Source of the DNA: an uncultured delta proteobacterium
GTDB lineage: Bacteria; Desulfobacterota; BSN033; UBA1163
Assembly: GCA_963827685.1 (NCBI GenBank)
Contig: CAWHBU010000002.1
Coordinates: 384,001 to 448,000, forward strand
Direction of reading: 5' to 3'
Length of the DNA stretch: 64,000 bases
The notes under the pieces are model-generated. The model did not search any database and was not told the origin of the DNA. It saw only the letters and a program-made list of their open reading frames with translations. Made by a program: the position numbers and the translations under genes. Positions 59,987-64,000 of this stretch are shown here, in pieces. Each line of letters opens with the position of its first letter. Within the stretch, counting starts at the first letter, position 1.

Positions 59987-60196
59987 ACGGTAGAAATAGC
60001 ATATACTAATTAAATGTATAAAGATCACATCACAACTTTTTGAAACTGCATACCCATAAGAGAAAAACACAAAATATTTTGCAGGAGTCTCTATTGAAAA
60101 CGAATCAACCCTTTTGAAATTTGTCCCGCCGGGGGGAAGTTCAGCCAATTCTTCAGAAGGCTAATTTGTTAGGTGGGTTATCATTTCCGGGTAGAT

Positions 60197-61534
60197 CTAT
60201 GAATTATTCTCCTTTGAGTGGTGACTCAATCGCGCAAGCTTCCCACGAACGGAATCAACGTACTCTTTAAGCCTATAGACCTCTCCAAAAAAAGTAAGGG
60301 GCACGCGAATTCGATGGATCGAAGCTTCGATCTGATCAAGTCTTCCCTGATATTCCAATACCCTTTCTGGCTCCGGATTTTTCATTGCATCCGATTCGAG
60401 ATTCTTTAGTTCTCCAAACCAGCGGTAGAATTTGCGGCGGTTCCGCCAGGAGTATAGCCAGGGTATGCCTCGCATTAGAGGAATCAAGACGATGGCCACC
60501 GGCACCAGGATCAAAATCAGGCGGTCAACTAAAACCGCCACCCCAAAAGGAAGGTAATCGAGCAAAAAAGGGCGGCCTTTCTTATAAAATCTCTCCGCAG
60601 AGGTGGACAACGGAAAATCCAGTTCCTTAGGCGAGGGGAATTCTCCTCTCTTATTCAACCAGCCGGCCCTGCTGTGAATCTCCATAGCCGCGTCCAAAAG
60701 CAGATACTGGAGAGCCGGATGCAGATTCTGGCGTACAATCAAACTTGTTGTCGTGGCGACAAGATGAATATCCTGGGGCGGTACTTTCTCCGACAGATTC
60801 AGTATTCCTTCAGGCAAAATGATATGCGACAAGGCTGGAAAAAGCCGGGTATAGGCCTCGGCATGTTTGAAACTCATCAACTTTATTTTTTCGGCGTACA
60901 GAAGTTCCCGAACGAGCGCATTGTCCTCTGTTCCGATTATCATGACTACATCCAGGGTCCCTTCGAGGAGGGCCTTATTGGCGGCGGCGCTGGGAATATC
61001 CAGCAGCAAGGTGGGAGGTTTGGCTGCACCGCTTGCCTTCAGCAAATCCAAGGAAAACTTCCGCGCCCCGCTGCCCTCTGGCCCGATGGCAATCTTCTTT
61101 CCTATAAGCCTCGAAAGGTCATCCCATGTCTCTTGGCTCCGATAAAAAACCCAGAGGGGCGAGTAGCATATTGCCCCGAGGGAAACGAGATTTTTCGTCT
61201 CGGAGGGGGAGCTTGTCCCATCCTGCACAAAACCAGCATCCACTCGCAAGGACGTATCTCCAAGACGCTTGAGGTTTTCCACCGAACCTGACGAGGGGAG
61301 TAGCTCAAGACGGACCTTTTCCCGCGCCAGGATTTTTTTGTACCGCTCACCAAAATTTGCGTAAGTCCCTCGTTCGAACCCAGTGCTCATGGTCAAAGTA
61401 TCCGGAGGTGTCAAATGATAGGCTATGACGATGGAGATGAGGGCGGTTAACAGTACCGAGGCAATAACCACCAGAAGCCTGCGATTTCGTATACCAGGAA
61501 TGAATTTTCGTCCCATTTTCGGTTCTTTGGGCAT
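60197..61534 (-). CDS. Membrane-anchored TAXI-like solute-binding protein
   Basis: GSVENL, DAGFVQDG, IAIGPEGSG, LHPALQYLL, PFLLDYLPF; N- and C-terminal TM; start uncertain. Confidence 0.8.
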   Translation of the reverse strand: MPKEPKMGRKFIPGIRNRRLLVVIASVLLTALISIVIAYHLTPPDTLTMSTGFERGTYANFGERYKKILAREKVRLELLPSSGSVENLKRLGDTSLRVDAGFVQDGTSSPSETKNLVSLGAICYSPLWVFYRSQETWDDLSRLIGKKIAIGPEGSGARKFSLDLLKASGAAKPPTLLLDIPSAAANKALLEGTLDVVMIIGTEDNALVRELLYAEKIKLMSFKHAEAYTRLFPALSHIILPEGILNLSEKVPPQDIHLVATTTSLIVRQNLHPALQYLLLDAAMEIHSRAGWLNKRGEFPSPKELDFPLSTSAERFYKKGRPFLLDYLPFGVAVLVDRLILILVPVAIVLIPLMRGIPWLYSWRNRRKFYRWFGELKNLESDAMKNPEPERVLEYQGRLDQIEASIHRIRVPLTFFGEVYRLKEYVDSVRGKLARLSHHSKENNS

Positions 61535-61815
61535 GTTACACTCCCATGCAGGCAAAGCTTTTGTCGCCGAGTAGTGATAGTGATAAAAACTTGCTTCGGG
61601 ATAGGTTGAACATACAAAAAACAAAGGAGTAGGTCAAGAAAAATCACCAGAAAAATCACCACAAGATATGGGAGTGTCCTCCTTATCCGTTTGAGACCCA
61701 ACCCACCAATAAAAAAGTGAGGGAGGACTTTGGAGGGTCAAGAAAATAACACTGATGATTACCAATTCACATCGAGCATGCTTGGCCAAAGTGTCGGGTT
61801 GTTGACCTCAGTAAT

Positions 61816-62106
61816 AAGTTTTTGGGCGGGAGTTTGGTCGGAGGCAATCCCCAAGGGAGGTCTATCGAGGTTAAAAGACCTTAGGAATGCAGTTAAATAT
61901 TTTGAATTATTTTGTGAAGTCCAGAGACCTTTGTAACCCGTACTTATTTAACAAACTTAACTACGTCCCTTGGGCATTAACCAAAATCGCTTCAAGAGGC
62001 CGCAGATATACTCGGCATAGATCAGGCGACCCTATGGCGCCGCAGGGAGAAGTACGGGATTTGATATTAGTGGAAGGAAGGATTCGGTGCTTTGGTACGC
62101 CTACAA
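61816..62106 (+). repeat. Copy C: ~160-bp unit plus duplicate of the regulator 3' end
   Basis: Matches copies A and B, then matches 49227-49351. Confidence 0.95.
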
Positions 62107-62157
62107 GTCATTGCTGGGAACCGTATTCAAGGATCGAAGATTACGGGATGAAAGAGA

Positions 62158-62235
62158 GGCTAACGTTCGCGTTCAGTGGCGGGAGCCAGTGGGCGAAGCC
62201 CCCTGGTGACCGTCCACTACAACGCGGGGTTAGCC
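62158..62235 (-). other. Integron attC recombination site (78 bp)
   Basis: Minus strand GGCTAACCCCGCGTTGTAGTGGACGG...CCGCCACTGAACGCGAACGTTAGCC; complementary outer boxes, internal hairpin, 1 bp after a stop codon. Confidence 0.85.
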
Positions 62236-62236
62236 G

Positions 62237-63064
62237 TCATTTCGCAAGTGTGGTTATGAGTCTTCCGCCTGGGCTTAGGACCCGGAAGTCCTCGATGACT
62301 TCATCGTCATTGCTCGCAATGGCACCGGCAAGAGAACCGAGGATGACGTACGCCATGTCATGCACGGAGTGCTCGGCGCGCTCAAGCACGCGGGCAGTAG
62401 GACTTGTCGGTACGTTGCACTGGTACCGTTCGAAGATGCGAAGAGCGGCGAGCAATTGGCATTGAACCCACCTGAACCACGCCCAATCGGGACTGATTTC
62501 CGCAGGCATCGGCGCCTTTGGTGGAAGATCTTCTCGTAAGAAGGATGCATACACAGTGCGGACAACCTCGGGATTCGTGGCGACCCTGGTCCGGGCTGCT
62601 GCAACCGCAGCAGGAAAGTCTCGGAACTCGATTCCGATCAACTCCGGGAAAAACGCATGGACCGACTGGCAACGCCGGAGAAACGACTGCGCGTCTTGGT
62701 AGACCTGGTTGCGCCATGACTGGAGGGTTTCGAGAATCTCACCTCCGGCTATGTAGGTTCCGTTGCGCAGCTTCGGATTGAAGATGTACGAACCCTGGAT
62801 GACGTGCCGTTCAAGCGGACCGCATGGGGATTGGTTCTCGATCTCTGTACGCAGTAAGGTGCCTACGTTCGGGAGAAGCGCGAATGAGCCTGGGCGACTT
62901 GGCAGCTTCGAAAAGCACCGCACTTGGCTCTTCGGGCTCGCGGTCATGAGCTCGTAGAACAGATTCTGGGAAACCATGACTGAGTGGTCTCGACACAGCG
63001 CGGTGATCAACTCTGATGGCGCGCCATCGAGGTAGCTCTTATCGAGTATAAGCGCGGCGGACAC
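62237..63064 (-). CDS. PIN-like domain protein in a gene cassette (GTG start)
   Basis: LILDKSYL, FYEL, HDMAY, ASND acidic-residue pattern; starts 9 bp after GTTAGCC. Confidence 0.55.
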   Translation of the reverse strand: MSAALILDKSYLDGAPSELITALCRDHSVMVSQNLFYELMTASPKSQVRCFSKLPSRPGSFALLPNVGTLLRTEIENQSPCGPLERHVIQGSYIFNPKLRNGTYIAGGEILETLQSWRNQVYQDAQSFLRRCQSVHAFFPELIGIEFRDFPAAVAAARTRVATNPEVVRTVYASFLREDLPPKAPMPAEISPDWAWFRWVQCQLLAALRIFERYQCNVPTSPTARVLERAEHSVHDMAYVILGSLAGAIASNDDEVIEDFRVLSPGGRLITTLAK

Positions 63065-63073
63065 GCTGGTGGC

Positions 63074-63093
63074 GGCTAACTTATTTTTTATGC
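63074..63093 (-). other. attI-like cassette entry junction
   Basis: Minus strand GCATAAAAAATAAGTTAGCC; GTTAGCC is complementary to the GGCTAAC of the attC; composition shifts from AT-rich to GC-rich. Confidence 0.55.
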
Positions 63094-63162
63094 TGCTTCC
63101 ACATTTTCGTAAGTCTTGAACCAATAAAGGCTCTCTTCTACTCAAAACCGCATGCCAGGACA

Positions 63163-63846
63163 CTACTGACCTATAAGTGCAGTCCATAAGTTAAAGGAGA
63201 CACGGGCTACGAGATCTCGCCATGTAGCATACACGCGCATCGATGCTCCGCGAGTTGATGGAACTTTTGGCGTAACTTTAAGTTTCTCGCTTAAAGCCCA
63301 CATAGTATTCTGAATATTCTTAATTAGAGGATAGCGATGCCAGGTCGGAAGTTTGTTCACATCGAAAAACCCGAATGGTAGGTTCCTTTCACCGAACTTT
63401 AAATTCTCGGGCCATAAATATCGCTCCCTATCGTTCTGTGGGTGTACGACCCCGCTAGTGTAATCATGTTTCCAGTTCGAGAAGGTCTCAGCAACTGCTG
63501 CAAATAGTCTTTGGGATACAACCACAACATCTAAGTCAGAGTTTTCGCCAAATGGTCGGCCAAAATTTGTACGCCCAGCCATGGAAAAGCCTATTCGGGC
63601 GCCACCAACGACAGTGATCTCCTTCGGGCACACCTCAAGACGGATCCCCAACCACCGTCGCAGTTCTTCGTATGTGCCCGGGCAGTCGCGGAAAGCAAAC
63701 GGCGCTCCCTCAGTCAGCCAAAGTCGAACCACATGTTCCCTCGATCGTTTAGAGACATCGACGAGGGCTGCCCGAAATTCTTCAGGCGAGGGGTACTGGG
63801 CTAACAGCTTTTGTAAGCTTTCTTGAACCTCGAAAGGCTGAGCCAT
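63163..63846 (-). CDS. Pol-beta-superfamily nucleotidyltransferase-like protein
   Basis: ITVVGGARIGFS...SDLDVVVVS (hG[GS]...DxD motif). Confidence 0.7.
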   Translation of the reverse strand: MAQPFEVQESLQKLLAQYPSPEEFRAALVDVSKRSREHVVRLWLTEGAPFAFRDCPGTYEELRRWLGIRLEVCPKEITVVGGARIGFSMAGRTNFGRPFGENSDLDVVVVSQRLFAAVAETFSNWKHDYTSGVVHPQNDRERYLWPENLKFGERNLPFGFFDVNKLPTWHRYPLIKNIQNTMWALSEKLKVTPKVPSTRGASMRVYATWRDLVARVSFNLWTALIGQ

Positions 63847-64000
63847 GTTTTGCGATTCCAAGATAGTCATATGTGCCATCAGCAATGTGGGTCCAGTAAA
63901 ATCTTTTCAAGTACTTCATTCTTTGTTCGATTTGTATAACCCGTTGGAGAGGAGAGATTCTAGGCTCCGGGTATTTGAGCCGTGCAACAATAGCTGCAGC

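Noticed and set aside
52605-62106. The three long repeats as a CRISPR array
   Set aside because: Units are 160-290 bp and kilobases apart, and there are no cas genes in the window
63081-63162. A second attC after the nucleotidyltransferase gene
   Set aside because: No RYYYAAC box or palindrome after the stop codon
63065-63187. First 41 codons of the 316-aa ORF
   Set aside because: They cross the cassette junction into AT-rich DNA; the GTG at 63064 fits the PIN-like N-terminus better

Overview
The gene content suggests an anaerobic deltaproteobacterium-like (Desulfobacterota-type) chromosome; this taxonomy is inferred, not shown. Positions 1-36 kb are mostly housekeeping and energy metabolism: surE, miaB, fbp, class II aldolase, tkt, ald, cmk, rpsA, a fur-feoB-DtxR iron operon with a perfect Fur-type box, truA, an EF-G paralogue, dtd and an AmmeMemoRadiSam B-A fusion. 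This part also holds a respiratory cluster in which a b6f-type Rieske/cytochrome b complex is translationally coupled to an NfnB/GltD-like flavo-FeS protein, next to an NrfD-type module. Intergenic spacers are full of miniature palindromic elements. Positions 36-44 kb are a decayed chemosensory locus interrupted by a 3.16-kb IS-like element that carries two DDE transposases. Positions 44-49 kb are a c-di-AMP-riboswitch-led APC/USP/TrkA operon ending in a sigma54 regulator. From 49.2 kb to the end lies an accessory array, the most unusual part of the window. It contains three copies of a ~160-bp non-coding unit, two of them fused to a duplicate of the last ~27 codons of the regulator gene with mostly synonymous differences. 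Each copy starts exactly 59 bp after a GATTAC-N4-TGAAA-type box. The copies separate unrelated cargo: IS630 elements, a DUF4062-like protein, TRAP/TAXI transporters, an attC-bounded PIN-like cassette and a nucleotidyltransferase. No integrase is visible in the window. All calls come from reading the sequence and ORF track by eye; no database searches were run.
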